Positions 10,604-24,248 are shown, numbered from the stretch's first letter. The stretch is 64,000 bases of DNA from an uncultured Planctomycetaceae bacterium (GCA_963976765.1 CAXBME010000005.1:310001-374000); one strand, 5' to 3'. The notes: generated by a model from the sequence alone, not told the origin. A program made the numbers and translations.

Positions 10604-11005
10604 ATGCGGGTTTTCGCTCCGTTGTTTGCTCTGTTCGTCCTTCCTGGTTGCATGTCAGCAATGATTGCCAGCAGCGGTCCAAATCTCAGTGCGCTCCCAA
10701 CCAGGCAGGACGTTGTTGAAGAGCTAGGCGAACCTCGCGACTCTGGTCAGACGGAATCAGGGTCATTCGACGAGTTTGAGATACGGAATTACTCGAAAGC
10801 AGGTACTGATATCCTGGCAGTGTTCTGCGTGCTGACGCTCGGAACGGCGGATGTGGTGGCGTTGCCGTTTACTCCTTACGACACGGCAAGGACTCACGAT
10901 GTGAAGTTTCTGTACGATGATTCAGAATCAGTCATTCACTACGAAGTCGATGGCTCTCTTAAAGATTACAATGAGCACTTGAATTTCAGCCCGTTTGGAG
11001 CTTGA
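10604..11005 (+). CDS. Small hypothetical lipoprotein
   Basis: MRVFAPLFALFVLPGC lipobox; TRQDVVEELGEP resembles the BamE/SmpA-type motif. Confidence 0.65.
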   Translation: MRVFAPLFALFVLPGCMSAMIASSGPNLSALPTRQDVVEELGEPRDSGQTESGSFDEFEIRNYSKAGTDILAVFCVLTLGTADVVALPFTPYDTARTHDVKFLYDDSESVIHYEVDGSLKDYNEHLNFSPFGA

Positions 11006-11410
11006 GCCCCTCAGTCAATCTCATTGCAGATTTGAGCTAACAAGAACTCGGTTGCCGGTTGTTTTTGGGTTATATCCCGGGTTCAGTAAGCACGACGGGG
11101 ACTTCCTTGGTCAATAGGACGATTCTTAGCCTGCGCTGAACAGTAACCTCCGTTGTGTCTGTGTGTTTTCGGGAGGAGACGTTGCGCAATCTGCCGCCAA
11201 ACACTTCGATCTGGACAGAGGTGGCGACTGAACTTTGAGCAGAGGCGTCGGGCTGCAGCGAGTTGGATTCATGATGTCGCGGCGGCGCGGTTGAGGGTGG
11301 ATGGCGCGACGCTGACTCGGGATGTCGCGCAAGGCCAGCTTTGAATGGGGGGAAGATCGTTGAGTCTTCGTCGGACCTGAATTTGGACAGGCGCGATCGT
11401 GAGGATCAAC

Positions 11411-13978
<2,568 letters not shown>

Positions 13979-14006
13979 GGTTCACCCTGAGATTGCATCA
14001 AGCTTT

Positions 14007-14028
14007 GTAGCGGAATTCGTAAGAATTC
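14007..14028 (+). repeat. GTAG-type REP (GTAGCGGAATTC-GTAA-GAATTC)
   Basis: GTAG tetranucleotide followed by a short palindrome; a degenerate inverted relative lies at about 8154-8170. Confidence 0.45.
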
Positions 14029-14191
14029 AGCAGACGTGGAAAAACACGTCGATATCACAAAGAGTCCAGACCTCGCCGCAGCGAGGCCCGGAAACTGTAA
14101 GCCCTGAGGTGGCGGATCCGCCCTGTCCGAATTTCACCTTGCCCGAAAGCAGCCTCAACGCATCGAATCCTGGTTCCATGCAGGGGCAGGA

Positions 14192-15526
14192 TTACGCCAG
14201 TACTTCCTTGAGCGGACCGGTTCCGGCGTCGAACTTTCTGGCCAGCTGATCGTTCATGTTGAAGCGATCAACATTCTGCCCGGCGGCCTGCAGGAGTGAC
14301 GTGTACAACGCGTTGATCGGGCGTTTGCCGTCCAGTTGCGTGAAGCATCCGGTCTTGAAGGCACCGTCGAGATTGCCCAGCAGCATGACTGGCCAGTTAG
14401 CACCGCTGGTGTGCTGTGAGTCTGCGTTGTTGCTGGTGTAGACGATCAGCGAGTGGTCCATCATGGTGCCGCTGCCTTCGGGGACGCTTTCCAGCGTTTC
14501 CATAATCTTCACCAGCATGCGGCTGTTGTACTGACGAATTTTGATCCAGATCGGATTATCGGGCTGCTTCATGTGGCCAAGATTGTGCCCCTGTTCGGCA
14601 ATACCCAGCCCCTTCCAGGCACCAAAGATTTCGCCACGGCCTGAGCCAATCGTCAGCGTGTTGGTAATTCCCGACGTCAGTGCCGAGATACCCAGATCCA
14701 GCAGGCAGTCATGCCAGTCGGTTTCGAATTCCGGCCTGGTGTATCGCTCGTCAACTTTCGGTGCGAACTTGCGGAGATGATCGGCAACTGTGTCGAGACG
14801 ATCGCGCAGGCCATTGACATCCTGGAATCCCTGAACGTACTGATCGTAGCGCTGCTGATCAGCAGCCGGAAGCGATTGTCCCTTCGTCGCGGCCAGCTTT
14901 TCGATCTGATTCATTACGTTCGATCGTGCTTCATGCTGGAGCCGAATGTCGCCTGTCGAAATGCCGCCGAAAAGCATCTGGTAAAGATGATTCGGATTCG
15001 AATGCATGAAGATCGGCTGCCCCGCACCGCTGGCGGAGAGATTCGCAATCGTCGGCTTGGTCTTCATGTTCTCGATCGAGTCCATGCCGATGCACAGATG
15101 CGGCAGCAGTGTCTGCGGTAGTGCCTTACTGAGTTCGTAGTCGATCGTGGGGCCACTGGGCGGCACACCGTCGCTGCCACGATAGCCGCCGAGCGCTCCG
15201 AAGAAGGCGCTGTGTGAGGGGCTGGTATGAACGCCGTGCAGGCCGTTGATGATGTGCAGCCGCTCTTTGTACGGCTCAAGAGCTTCAATCGGTTCAGGAA
15301 GTTTGGCTTTTGCCAGTGATCCGCTGCTGGTCATCCCTTCCGGAACACAGGTCTTCGGATCGAAACCCTGGTTCTGCATGAAGAAAATGATGCGTTTCGG
15401 AGTGCCGGTAGAGGCTGTTCCTGATTTGGCGGCGGCAGTTTTTGTCAGGCCCGGGATAAGATTGGAAGCAAGTGTGGCACCAACTCCGGCGGCCATTCCC
15501 TGAAGCATGTTTCTGCGATTGATCAT
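14192..15526 (-). CDS. DUF1552 domain protein, Tat-exported
   Basis: [10 protein letters not shown] twin-arginine signal; [30 protein letters not shown]; adjacent to a DUF1588-type partner. Confidence 0.88.
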   Translation of the reverse strand: MINRRNMLQGMAAGVGATLASNLIPGLTKTAAAKSGTASTGTPKRIIFFMQNQGFDPKTCVPEGMTSSGSLAKAKLPEPIEALEPYKERLHIINGLHGVHTSPSHSAFFGALGGYRGSDGVPPSGPTIDYELSKALPQTLLPHLCIGMDSIENMKTKPTIANLSASGAGQPIFMHSNPNHLYQMLFGGISTGDIRLQHEARSNVMNQIEKLAATKGQSLPAADQQRYDQYVQGFQDVNGLRDRLDTVADHLRKFAPKVDERYTRPEFETDWHDCLLDLGISALTSGITNTLTIGSGRGEIFGAWKGLGIAEQGHNLGHMKQPDNPIWIKIRQYNSRMLVKIMETLESVPEGSGTMMDHSLIVYTSNNADSQHTSGANWPVMLLGNLDGAFKTGCFTQLDGKRPINALYTSLLQAAGQNVDRFNMNDQLARKFDAGTGPLKEVLA

Positions 15527-15743
15527 TGCCTGGTAACCTCCGAAGCGAAAAACGAATCCGGCTTTCCCGATAGATGCTTGAGGCATCTAATTTATTGTAT
15601 TCGGTCGGAAAATTCGCCGAACCAAGCCAGTTTGCTTTGGAATTTGCGCAAACAAATGAAAACGAATGATTTCACGCGGCGTCTGTGGCGGAGCCTTTTG
15701 CGACGAAGTTAATCATTGATTCTGACGAAGCCGCGAATTTGCG

Positions 15744-15776
15744 TGTAACCGACCGGAAAGGATCCCTCAGGTATCA
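15744..15776 (+). promoter_or_regulatory. Possible ECF-type promoter upstream of the kinase/ECF operon
   Basis: TGTAACC about 19 nt before GGTATC, about 50 nt upstream of the kinase start; AAC-containing -35 elements are typical of ECF promoters. Confidence 0.3.
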
Positions 15777-15825
15777 GATAGAGTAGTTTTTGCTGCCTGT
15801 CGTCTCCTTGGAGGCCGGAATCGCA

Positions 15826-18800
15826 ATGAATGAGCCAATTGAAATTGAAGAAGGTGCCCGCGAGTCAACATGCCCTCGATGCGGCGTGGAAGTTGACGGA
15901 GTGGTTGCGAACGGAATTTGCCCGACCTGCCTTCTGAAACAGGCCGCTCTCGGAACAGCCGCCGACAGCATTCCGGCCACGCCGTGGACTCCGCCTTCTG
16001 TCGAAGGAGTTGCCTGTGAGTTCGAGCAGCTCGAAATCATGGAGCTGATCGGGCACGGCGGGATGGGAGCCGTCTACAAGGCTCGGCAGAAATCGCTCGG
16101 GCGGCTGGTCGCGCTGAAGATTCTCGCGCCGCAACACGCGGACAATCCGGATTTCGCGGACCGATTTTCACGGGAAGGAAAAATACTTGCCGAGGTCAAT
16201 CATCCGAACATTGTCACGGTTCACGATTTCGGTCGAGCGGGAGACTTCTATTTCCTGCTGATGGAATACGTCGACGGAGTCAACCTGCGGCAGGCGATGA
16301 CCGCCGGACGACTGACTCCGAATCAGGCGCTGGCCGTGGTGCCGCCAATCTGCGAAGCGCTGCAATTCGCGCATGATCGCGGCATCGTCCATCGGGACAT
16401 TAAACCCGAGAATCTGCTGCTCGACAAAGAGGGACGAATCAAAATCGCCGACTTCGGCATCGCCCGAATGTTAAGAACGGATGCTGAAGGCGGGCTGCCC
16501 TCGGAATCAACCAACGTTGCCGATACAGCCGATTCGGACGGCGGCGAAGCCAGCCCGGAAGAACTCACCCGCGATGCCGTGCTGGGCACTCCCCGCTACA
16601 TGGCTCCCGAGCAGCGTGATCATCCGGCGGAAGTCGACCACCGCGCGGACATCTATTCGCTTGGCGTCGTGCTTTACGAAATGCTGACCGGCGAACTGCC
16701 CGGAGCAACGCTGCTGCCGCCATCACGCCGTGTTGAAATCGACGTTCGACTCGACGAGATCGTCATGCGCGCCCTCGATCAGAACCCGAATCTGAGATAC
16801 CTCACGGCGACCGAATTTCGCAACAAGGTGGAAACCGTCGTCCGGACTCCAGTCGAGCAGTTTTCTCGACCGACCGATTCGGAATGTCGAAGCGTTCCAC
16901 GGTCCACCGCGTGCCATGTCACAACTCCAGAGCAGATTGCCACATTCGCCGGACAGTTTTTTCTCTGGCGACGTCACGGACAGCTGGTGCTCGACGATCA
17001 TCAGTTGACGATTACACGGGCCGACAACGTTTACAACATCCCGCTGAACTCAATTCTTGACCTGAGCATTGGTCGCTATCCCGCGCTGGTCAACCCGGCA
17101 GGTCTTAACTTCATCAGCGTAACGTACGAAATCGATGGCCAGCGAAACCAGCTTCTGTTCTCACCACACGAGGATCTGTTCGGGCTGCCGTCCGACTTCA
17201 ACTCGCGAGTTCACCGCTGGTATAATTCGATTCTGTCCGCCACGAAGAACGCAACAGGCAAGACTCCATCATCCACGCCTGCACACAACCTGGGAACCGG
17301 CGGAAGCTCTCGATGGGGGCTGGCGTTGCTGGTCATTCCCGTGCTCATTCCACTCGGAGTAGCACTCAGCTGGTTCACAACAGAAGACGTGCCTGGGGCG
17401 CCAGATGGATTTGCCTGGTTGCCGTTTCTGACGTTCGGAACATTCGGAATCTTTGTCACGCTCCCCATACTTCTGGCCATGTGGTCGAGATCAAAGTCCC
17501 GCCTGCCCGCGACACCGAGTTCGACAACTGACAATCAGGACTCTTCTGAGCTGCCGCCGCCTGAGAATCTTTTTCCGACCGGCTCACTGCCAGCAAGACT
17601 CGGAATGCAAAGCCCGTGGGCGGTCCGGTTTCTGGCCATCGCGCACCTTGGCTTTCTGGGATTCTCGCGTCACCTGCCAGGCTTTGAACGAGCCGCCGGC
17701 ATGTACGGCTTCTTTGGATTCTTCGGCATAGCGGCATTCTTCGAATTCCGAGCAAAGTATCGCCACTACCCTCGCCGGAGACTTTTTTCCCTCATTGCAG
17801 TGCTGGCAATGGCCTCTCCGATTCTGGCGTACGTTGGGGCGAGAATTCTGCCGGTCGATCAGATTCCTCAGGCCTCCGTCAGGATTCTCGATGCCGGCAT
17901 CGATCGAGGACACTATTCGTTCCGTCACGATGTCGATTGTCCTGCCGGCTGGAACGTCTGGCTGACTCTTGAGAATGTCCAGCTTCGACGCACGCAGCCT
18001 GACGACGACGAGCAGAAGCAACCGAGTATCGTGAAGCGGTACCAGGCGAAACTCAGCGGGCGCGGTCGAGTCCGAGTCCCACTCGACTTTCTGCCAACGA
18101 GTGACGAAACCAGAAGTCAAATGCTGGCATCAATTGGTCCGAGCAGCGGCTGGATGTCGTGCCCCAGCCCTCGGCATGGCCATAGTCTTCTTCACTACAC
18201 AACAGAATCACTGATGCGAGTCGGCGCGACTCTGATCATTCTGCCCGACGGACAAACTCCGGATTCTCAGCTCGATGACTCCGACAATGAAATGGTCCGC
18301 TTCGTCACGATCGAACCGCCGGCCAGCCCGAAGCTCGGGCCGTTCGAAGGAGCCTACAGCCTGGGTAAAGTTAAACTCGTTGCACTTCGGCAGACCGGTC
18401 CAACCGACTACCAGGTCTGGAAGGCGGACGGCGAAGCTGGTGCAGACGAACTTGTACCGGACCGTGATGGTTCCAGTTCGGCGGCGGGTAAAGTCATCAA
18501 GGAAGTTGTCGTTCAAGTTCGCAGTGAAACGAATCTGGCTTCACAACCGAAGCTCCGATTCTCTTCTGAGTCGGACATCAATGCGATGGGATGTTCCTTC
18601 TACCGTCCCGATGTCCTGCGAGTACATGCCATGCTGATTCAGACAATTGCGTGCCCGCCAGAAGCGTCGACGTCAGACTTCGAAGTGGGTATTGCTGACG
18701 GCGAATGGAAAACATCGCTGACGTTCGACCGACATCCGAATCAGAACCATTTCAGCCGGTCGCAGGCCGGTGGCCAGGACGGAGCGTGGGAGGGTGTCGT

Positions 18801-19098
18801 CCGAACGACCGATCCAACAGGTGATTCCATCCCGCTGGCATTCAGCTATTCGAACCGGGATGATCACGAAACAAGGCTCGTCTATGAAAAGGACGACGGC
18901 ACAATCGTCCTCTTGAAGGGCAACGGTACCGACGGTAGTCACGGACTGACAAACTCGTTGACAACGTTGCCCGTGGAAGAATTCGAATCGATCAAAAGAT
19001 TCCATGTCCAGTCCCGTCGTTACGAGTGGATTGAATTCTGCAACGTCTCGCTGCAACCCGGACATCGCACGAATGTCGAAGTTCAAAGCGCGTACTAA
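15826..19098 (+). CDS. Membrane Ser/Thr protein kinase (N-terminal Cys motifs, several TM helices, large C-terminal domain)
   Basis: CPRC..CPTC; GHGGMG, VALK, HRDIKPEN, DFG, GTPRYMAPE; hydrophobic segments around aa 510-690; GGAGG upstream of ATG 15826. Confidence 0.92.
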   Translation: MNEPIEIEEGARESTCPRCGVEVDGVVANGICPTCLLKQAALGTAADSIPATPWTPPSVEGVACEFEQLEIMELIGHGGMGAVYKARQKSLGRLVALKILAPQHADNPDFADRFSREGKILAEVNHPNIVTVHDFGRAGDFYFLLMEYVDGVNLRQAMTAGRLTPNQALAVVPPICEALQFAHDRGIVHRDIKPENLLLDKEGRIKIADFGIARMLRTDAEGGLPSESTNVADTADSDGGEASPEELTRDAVLGTPRYMAPEQRDHPAEVDHRADIYSLGVVLYEMLTGELPGATLLPPSRRVEIDVRLDEIVMRALDQNPNLRYLTATEFRNKVETVVRTPVEQFSRPTDSECRSVPRSTACHVTTPEQIATFAGQFFLWRRHGQLVLDDHQLTITRADNVYNIPLNSILDLSIGRYPALVNPAGLNFISVTYEIDGQRNQLLFSPHEDLFGLPSDFNSRVHRWYNSILSATKNATGKTPSSTPAHNLGTGGSSRWGLALLVIPVLIPLGVALSWFTTEDVPGAPDGFAWLPFLTFGTFGIFVTLPILLAMWSRSKSRLPATPSSTTDNQDSSELPPPENLFPTGSLPARLGMQSPWAVRFLAIAHLGFLGFSRHLPGFERAAGMYGFFGFFGIAAFFEFRAKYRHYPRRRLFSLIAVLAMASPILAYVGARILPVDQIPQASVRILDAGIDRGHYSFRHDVDCPAGWNVWLTLENVQLRRTQPDDDEQKQPSIVKRYQAKLSGRGRVRVPLDFLPTSDETRSQMLASIGPSSGWMSCPSPRHGHSLLHYTTESLMRVGATLIILPDGQTPDSQLDDSDNEMVRFVTIEPPASPKLGPFEGAYSLGKVKLVALRQTGPTDYQVWKADGEAGADELVPDRDGSSSAAGKVIKEVVVQVRSETNLASQPKLRFSSESDINAMGCSFYRPDVLRVHAMLIQTIACPPEASTSDFEVGIADGEWKTSLTFDRHPNQNHFSRSQAGGQDGAWEGVVRTTDPTGDSIPLAFSYSNRDDHETRLVYEKDDGTIVLLKGNGTDGSHGLTNSLTTLPVEEFESIKRFHVQSRRYEWIEFCNVSLQPGHRTNVEVQSAY

Positions 19099-19116
19099 TC
19101 CCGATCGGCCACTCAC

Positions 19117-19857
19117 GTGTCACACCGATTTCAGACAACTCACTGGACGCAAGTGGTCGCCGCCCGTGGGAAATCGCCCGAGGCTAAAGAAGCGTTACGC
19201 TCGCTGTGTGAAGTGTATTACCTGCCCGTCGAGCTTTTCGTTCAACGCTACATCACAACAACGATCGTCACGTCGAAAGAGGATGCGGCCGATCTGACGC
19301 ACGAGTTCTTCGCAAGGCTTCTGGAAGGACGCAGCCTGGACAACGCCGATCGCACGCGAGGCCGGTTCCGAAGTTACCTGCTGGGAGCCGTGAAACATTT
19401 TCTCGCCGACCATCGAGACCGCGAACATGCTTTGAAAAGAGGCGGCAGCCGGCACACCGAATCGTTCTCCGCCTCATCTGCTTCGTCGCAAGCTGAGTCA
19501 ACGGAGTCTTTGATCGACGTCGCTGACCCAAACGGCTTCCCTCCAGATTCCTACTTTGATCGCCAATGGGCTCTGGCGGTTGTTCAGGATGCCATTGACA
19601 CGCTTCAATCTGAAGCCGAATCGAACGGCGACGTTGCAAAGTTTGAAGTTTTGCAACGCTGGCTGGTGACGCCGTCCAGCCACGACACCGCCATCGACGC
19701 CGCGCGGTCACTCGACATGTCTGATGGAGCGTTCAAGGTCGCCGTCCACCGCCTGCGCAAACGATTCCGCCACATCGTTGTCGCCAGAATCACGACAACC
19801 GTCGACGACCCGGTAGAAGTTCAGGATGAACTGAACTACCTGATCAACGCGATGTAG
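19117..19857 (+). CDS. ECF sigma factor, kinase-associated type
   Basis: FQTTHW N-terminus, EDAADLTHEFF (sigma 2.2), GRFRSYLL, sigma4 MSDGAFKVAVHRLRKRFR; directly follows the kinase gene. Confidence 0.88.
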   Translation: MSHRFQTTHWTQVVAARGKSPEAKEALRSLCEVYYLPVELFVQRYITTTIVTSKEDAADLTHEFFARLLEGRSLDNADRTRGRFRSYLLGAVKHFLADHRDREHALKRGGSRHTESFSASSASSQAESTESLIDVADPNGFPPDSYFDRQWALAVVQDAIDTLQSEAESNGDVAKFEVLQRWLVTPSSHDTAIDAARSLDMSDGAFKVAVHRLRKRFRHIVVARITTTVDDPVEVQDELNYLINAM

Positions 19858-20041
19858 TCGGCGAGGTTGCAACACGTCCCACCGTGGCGACCGAGCGAAA
19901 CCGAAATCGCCGCGAATCATGGCACGAAGCCGAGCCTCTCTTGTATAACGTCGCGAAAGTCGCACCCTACGAAGATGCAGGCCACTGCCTCGACTTAACC
20001 ACACTTCACTTGATAACGCAGACTGCAGAAAGAACGGACGA

Positions 20042-20488
20042 ATGCTTAAGCATCAACTCATCCACCCGAAAATTAACGAAGTCCTCGGTCGCTGTGGTCA
20101 CCACTCAAAGATTCTGATCGCCGACGGAAACTATCCAGCTTCGTCAACGCTCGGCCCGAATGCTGAGCTGGTCAGTCTGAACCTGATGCCTGGCCTCGTC
20201 AGTTGCACGCAGACGTTGCAGGCACTGCTTTCGGCCATCCCGATCGAAGCCTGCTACACGATGGGTATCCCGGACGACGATCCGTACTGCACCGGAGAAG
20301 ATCCTCCGATCTGGAACGAGTACCGCACGATGCTCAAAGAAAGCAACCTGGATATCGAACTTCAGCCAATTCAGAAATGGGACTTCTACGACGCCGTCGC
20401 ATCGCGTGATCTGGTCCTGACAATTCAGACAGCCGAGCAAGCTCTATGGGCAAACCTGTTGCTGACCGTCGGCGTCCGCCAGGCCTGA
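20042..20488 (+). CDS. RbsD/FucU family mutarotase
   Basis: MLK..L.HP....L...GH...ILIADGNYP; FYDAV; ANLLLTVGV. Confidence 0.85.
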   Translation: MLKHQLIHPKINEVLGRCGHHSKILIADGNYPASSTLGPNAELVSLNLMPGLVSCTQTLQALLSAIPIEACYTMGIPDDDPYCTGEDPPIWNEYRTMLKESNLDIELQPIQKWDFYDAVASRDLVLTIQTAEQALWANLLLTVGVRQA

Positions 20489-20538
20489 TCCACATCCTGG
20501 GGAATAAATTCTGAGTGCCCCTGTTCTGGTCTCGGAAC

Positions 20539-20700
20539 TCTGACGCAAAGTCCACAGACGCCAAGCAACACCAGAAGTATGACCATCAAGAGCATTACCA
20601 TGACGTCAATAACTGGCTGCAGAATTCGATAATTGACTGCTCGGTAATAATCACGAATTCCCCTTTGCGAAACTCCGCGTCTTAGCGACTTCGCGTCAGA
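20539..20700. repeat. MITE/REP-like element (CGCAAAG...CTTTGCG family)
   Basis: Termini TCTGACGCAAAGTC / GACTTCGCGTCAGA (13 of 14 inverted match); internal cgccaag / ctttgcg / cttagcg units also seen at about 7173-7200. Confidence 0.6.
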
Positions 20701-20761
20701 CGATTCCTTAACCGCTGCACTATTGAATTGCCACACGCAATCTTTTGCCGGAAACGCCTTG

Positions 20762-21241
20762 ATGACCACCAACGCTGAAGCACGCCTCGTCGAAATGGGG
20801 ATCGAGTTTCCCGAAGCACCGGCCGCGATCGGCAATTACATCCCGGTCATCCGTTTCGGAGACACCGTCGTTACCAGCGGTCAGTTGCCCATGCAGGCTG
20901 GTTCCCTCACCGCCAGCGGCAAGGTCGGGCTGGATCTCACGGTTGAAGAAGGAGCCACCGCCGCACGGGTCGCCGCGTTGAATTGTTTGGCTCAGATTCG
21001 AAGTTGCATTGGCTCGCTTGATAAGGTCAGACAGGTTGTCCGAGTCGAAGGTTTCGTCAACTCAGCGGACGGTTTCCACGCTCAACCTCAGGTCTTGAAC
21101 GGAGCATCCAGCCTGCTGGGCGAAATCTTCGGCGAGTCCGGTCGCCACACTCGAATCGCCGTCGGCGTGAACGAGCTACCACTCAACGCCGCCGTGGAAG
21201 TCGTCGTCTGGGCACAGGTGGCGGAAGACGTGCACCGTTAG
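20762..21241 (+). CDS. RidA/YjgF/UK114 family protein
   Basis: [40 protein letters not shown]. Confidence 0.9.
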   Translation: MTTNAEARLVEMGIEFPEAPAAIGNYIPVIRFGDTVVTSGQLPMQAGSLTASGKVGLDLTVEEGATAARVAALNCLAQIRSCIGSLDKVRQVVRVEGFVNSADGFHAQPQVLNGASSLLGEIFGESGRHTRIAVGVNELPLNAAVEVVVWAQVAEDVHR

Positions 21242-21388
21242 AGCTTTGCCACCAAACTACCTTTCTGAACTAATCACAAGGGCTCGGCGTTATTTCACTG
21301 CGATGCACCGTGAAGCTGTTTGTCGTTGAGTCGTATTTTTCGTTACGCTGGCCTCTTGAATAAACTCGTCACTCATGGAGACGCTGCT

Positions 21389-22711
21389 GTGTTCAGCTTG
21401 AATCAACCTCACACAACTCGCCGCGATTTTTTGCAGGTTGCCGGTGCTTCTGCCGGAGCCACTTTGGCATCAAGCAAACTTTCAGCAACAGAAACTGAAG
21501 GCACGCACGCAATCAATTTCCCGAAAGGGAAAGTCGACCACTGCGTGATGATCTGGCTGGGCGGAGGTGCCTGCCATATCGACACGTGGGATCCGAAAAT
21601 GAAGGGCGATGCCAAGGCTAAGAAGCCAGGCTCGTATTACGACCCCATCGACACTGCCATCGACGGTGTGCAGGTTTGCGAGCACCTTCCGAAATGTGCC
21701 GGCATCCTGGACCGGTTCAACCCGCTCCGTTCGGTCCATCACGAAGTCATCGACGAGCACGCCGCCGCCACCTACAGAATGCACACCGGACGAGCGACCA
21801 GCGGCACGATCGTCTATCCGTCGATTGGCTCGATCGTCGCTCATCAACGTGGAGCGGCGTCCGATAACGCACCGGCCTACGTGTTAATCGGTTACCCCAA
21901 CGTGACTCGCGGTCCTGGGTTTCTGGGAGCGAAAGCTGGCTATGTCTACCTGACGAGTACCAGCGAAGGGCCAAATGGCTTGAGCCGTTTTCCGGGCATC
22001 ACCGACGAACGGCAGGACCGTCGCGAACGTTTGCTCAGCCGTGTGCGGGACGCATATCGAAAACGCACTGCAGGCGACAAACGAATCGCGGACTACGATT
22101 CAACGATTGAAGATGCGCTTCGATTGTCCGGTCCGGAATTCATGAAAGCGTTCGAGCTGGATCGAGAACCCGCCGACCTGCGTGCTCGCTACGGCGGCGA
22201 GTTTGGTCAGCGTTGCCTGCTTTCTCGGCGTCTGATCGAACGGGGCGTGCGGTTTATTGAGTGCTCGCACAACCTGAACTTCGTCAACGGAACGGGGTGG
22301 GATACTCATAATGAAGGGCAGCTCAATCAGCATCTGCTGATCCAGGAGCTCGACAGCGCGCTGTCGACGCTGGTGCTCGATCTGGAGGAAAAGAAACTGC
22401 TCGACCGCACGCTGATCGTCGTCTCAACGGAATTCGGTCGCCCACCCGGTTTTGACGGTGGCGGCGGACGCGGCCATCAGTCCAAAGCGTTCTCGGTTGT
22501 CCTGGCTGGCGGCGGGCTGCAAACCGGAAAGGTCATCGGCGAAACCGACGAACTCGGAAAGTCTATTGTGAATCAACCGGTTTCCGTGCCCGATCTTCAC
22601 GCGAGCATTCATTGGTCGATGGGGATTAACCCATCCGAAGAACTCTACGCCGACGACCGTCCCGTCCCGATCACCGACGGCGGTAAACCCATCAAAGAAC
22701 TCTTCGTGTAG
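21389..22711 (+). CDS. DUF1501 domain protein, Tat-exported
   Basis: TRRDFLQ Tat signal; [50 protein letters not shown] start after GGAG. Confidence 0.92.
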   Translation: MFSLNQPHTTRRDFLQVAGASAGATLASSKLSATETEGTHAINFPKGKVDHCVMIWLGGGACHIDTWDPKMKGDAKAKKPGSYYDPIDTAIDGVQVCEHLPKCAGILDRFNPLRSVHHEVIDEHAAATYRMHTGRATSGTIVYPSIGSIVAHQRGAASDNAPAYVLIGYPNVTRGPGFLGAKAGYVYLTSTSEGPNGLSRFPGITDERQDRRERLLSRVRDAYRKRTAGDKRIADYDSTIEDALRLSGPEFMKAFELDREPADLRARYGGEFGQRCLLSRRLIERGVRFIECSHNLNFVNGTGWDTHNEGQLNQHLLIQELDSALSTLVLDLEEKKLLDRTLIVVSTEFGRPPGFDGGGGRGHQSKAFSVVLAGGGLQTGKVIGETDELGKSIVNQPVSVPDLHASIHWSMGINPSEELYADDRPVPITDGGKPIKELFV

Positions 22712-22804
22712 GTCAGGCTCCGACTGACAAAGTCACCGTGCAAACCGTAGGGTGGTGGGCATCGCCCACCAGACATCCCAGGTGATGGGCGGTGCCCATC
22801 CTGC
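22708..22804. repeat. Cluster of GTAG-type REP elements
   Basis: GTAGGTCAGGCTCCGACTGAC (same family as 7115, supplies the TAG stop), then GTAGGGTGGTGGGCATCGCCCACC ... GGTGATGGGCGGTGCCCATCCTGC. Confidence 0.75.
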
Positions 22805-22818
22805 AGATAAGGAATCTC

Positions 22819-23760
22819 ATGCGGGCCACGCAGATTCTCAGTCCACGGGCGATCGCCGTTTGCCTCTGTCTTCTCTTTTTGAGTAATGCCTCTCAGGTAT
22901 TCTCAGCGGAAGACAGTCCGGCAAATCAACCAGACTCGGCCAGGCCGGGCCATCCAGCCGACCTCGACGCGAGAACCCGGCGTGAAGTCAAAGACGTTGC
23001 CAGGCTCGCGTACCTGAAGGTCTATGACGGGTGGAGCACGGACGAAGTGTTGCTTCAAACCGAACTCAACGACCAGTTCCTTGCCGAGTGCCATCGCCGG
23101 ATGCCGGACATTCCGAGTTTCGATTTCAACTGGACACTGCTCAATCTTCGCAAGGCCGGCGAACTTCGAGACGTCTCCGCCTCGAAGCGGCGGCGAGATA
23201 ACTCGGACGCTTACCTGCACGCCGCTGAGATCGCAGCGAGGTTTCTCGAAGACCGTTACTCGGTCAACACAGACCGCATTTTGTGCGATTCGAAGCTTCG
23301 AGCTGAGTACGACAACGAGGCAAAAAAGGTCGCTCCGAAAGTCGATTCGTACCTGCTGCGAAAAGCCAGCCTTACTTTAAGAAAGTCACGTCGCCTGCAG
23401 CCTGAACTGGTCCTTCGAGTGGCCGACTGGAAGAAAGACATCATCGCGATGCCCGCCGCTGATGCGGAGAAGAATGCTGAAAAAGTTCCAGAGCAACCGG
23501 GCATCTACATTTTCCGAGACGCCACCGGTTACCTCTATATCGGCGAGTCATCAAACCTGCACGACCGAATCAAGAAACACCTCGACCGCTCCGACCGGCA
23601 GTCGCTGGCTAACTATCTGGCCACCAACGGAGTTAAAGGCGTCACTCTGGAGCTGCATGCTTTTGCCGCCGACTCGCCCGCCCGTCTGAAACCAATGCGT
23701 CGCGCCTACGAATCCGAACTGATCCGCAGCCGGAAGCCACGCTTCAACCTGGCTCCGTGA
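22819..23760 (+). CDS. GIY-YIG nuclease-domain protein with predicted signal peptide
   Basis: PGIYIF...YLYIGESSNL..RI..H, conserved Glu (AYESELI) and terminal PRFN; N-terminal AIAVCLCLLFLSNASQVFSA; AGGA RBS before ATG 22819. Confidence 0.85.
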   Translation: MRATQILSPRAIAVCLCLLFLSNASQVFSAEDSPANQPDSARPGHPADLDARTRREVKDVARLAYLKVYDGWSTDEVLLQTELNDQFLAECHRRMPDIPSFDFNWTLLNLRKAGELRDVSASKRRRDNSDAYLHAAEIAARFLEDRYSVNTDRILCDSKLRAEYDNEAKKVAPKVDSYLLRKASLTLRKSRRLQPELVLRVADWKKDIIAMPAADAEKNAEKVPEQPGIYIFRDATGYLYIGESSNLHDRIKKHLDRSDRQSLANYLATNGVKGVTLELHAFAADSPARLKPMRRAYESELIRSRKPRFNLAP

Positions 23761-23831
23761 CCGTGCGTTGCCATCGAGGTGGCGTGATGGCAGGAGACGC
23801 TGCGATTTCTATGGAGTGCAACGAATGCGAC

Positions 23832-24248
23832 CTACTGACCAATTTCGGCTTCGGAGCGGAGAGCGTTGCCTCGTTCGAGGAGTTCGGTGCCGGGAACGAC
23901 CACTCGGGGGCGGAGCTGGAAATTGAATTCCTGGCGGTCCTGGATTCTGCCGGGCAGCAGATTGTCGGTGATCAGGTCGAGCGGCGGGATCTGGTACCAG
24001 GGGCGTCGGAGTTTTATGTAGTGAGACTCCATTTCGTAGCCGTCGCGGCGAATCGTGACTTCTTCGGTGCCGTACCAGGTGAAGTCGAACGATGCCGGCG
24101 AGTGACCGATTTCTCGATCGCCGACCGAAATCAACGCTCCGGGCGGTTCGGTGCGAATGGTCGCTCGACGATGGACGCAGCCCGGAACAATGGCGAGCAC
24201 GCCGAAGGCGAGCATCGCTGTTGCCAGTTTGCAGATTCGATCATTCAT
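23832..24248 (-). CDS. PEGA-domain lipoprotein
   Basis: Lipobox IVPGC; IRTEPPGALISV..REIGHSP; PWYQIPPLD. Confidence 0.8.
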   Translation of the reverse strand: MNDRICKLATAMLAFGVLAIVPGCVHRRATIRTEPPGALISVGDREIGHSPASFDFTWYGTEEVTIRRDGYEMESHYIKLRRPWYQIPPLDLITDNLLPGRIQDRQEFNFQLRPRVVVPGTELLERGNALRSEAEIGQ

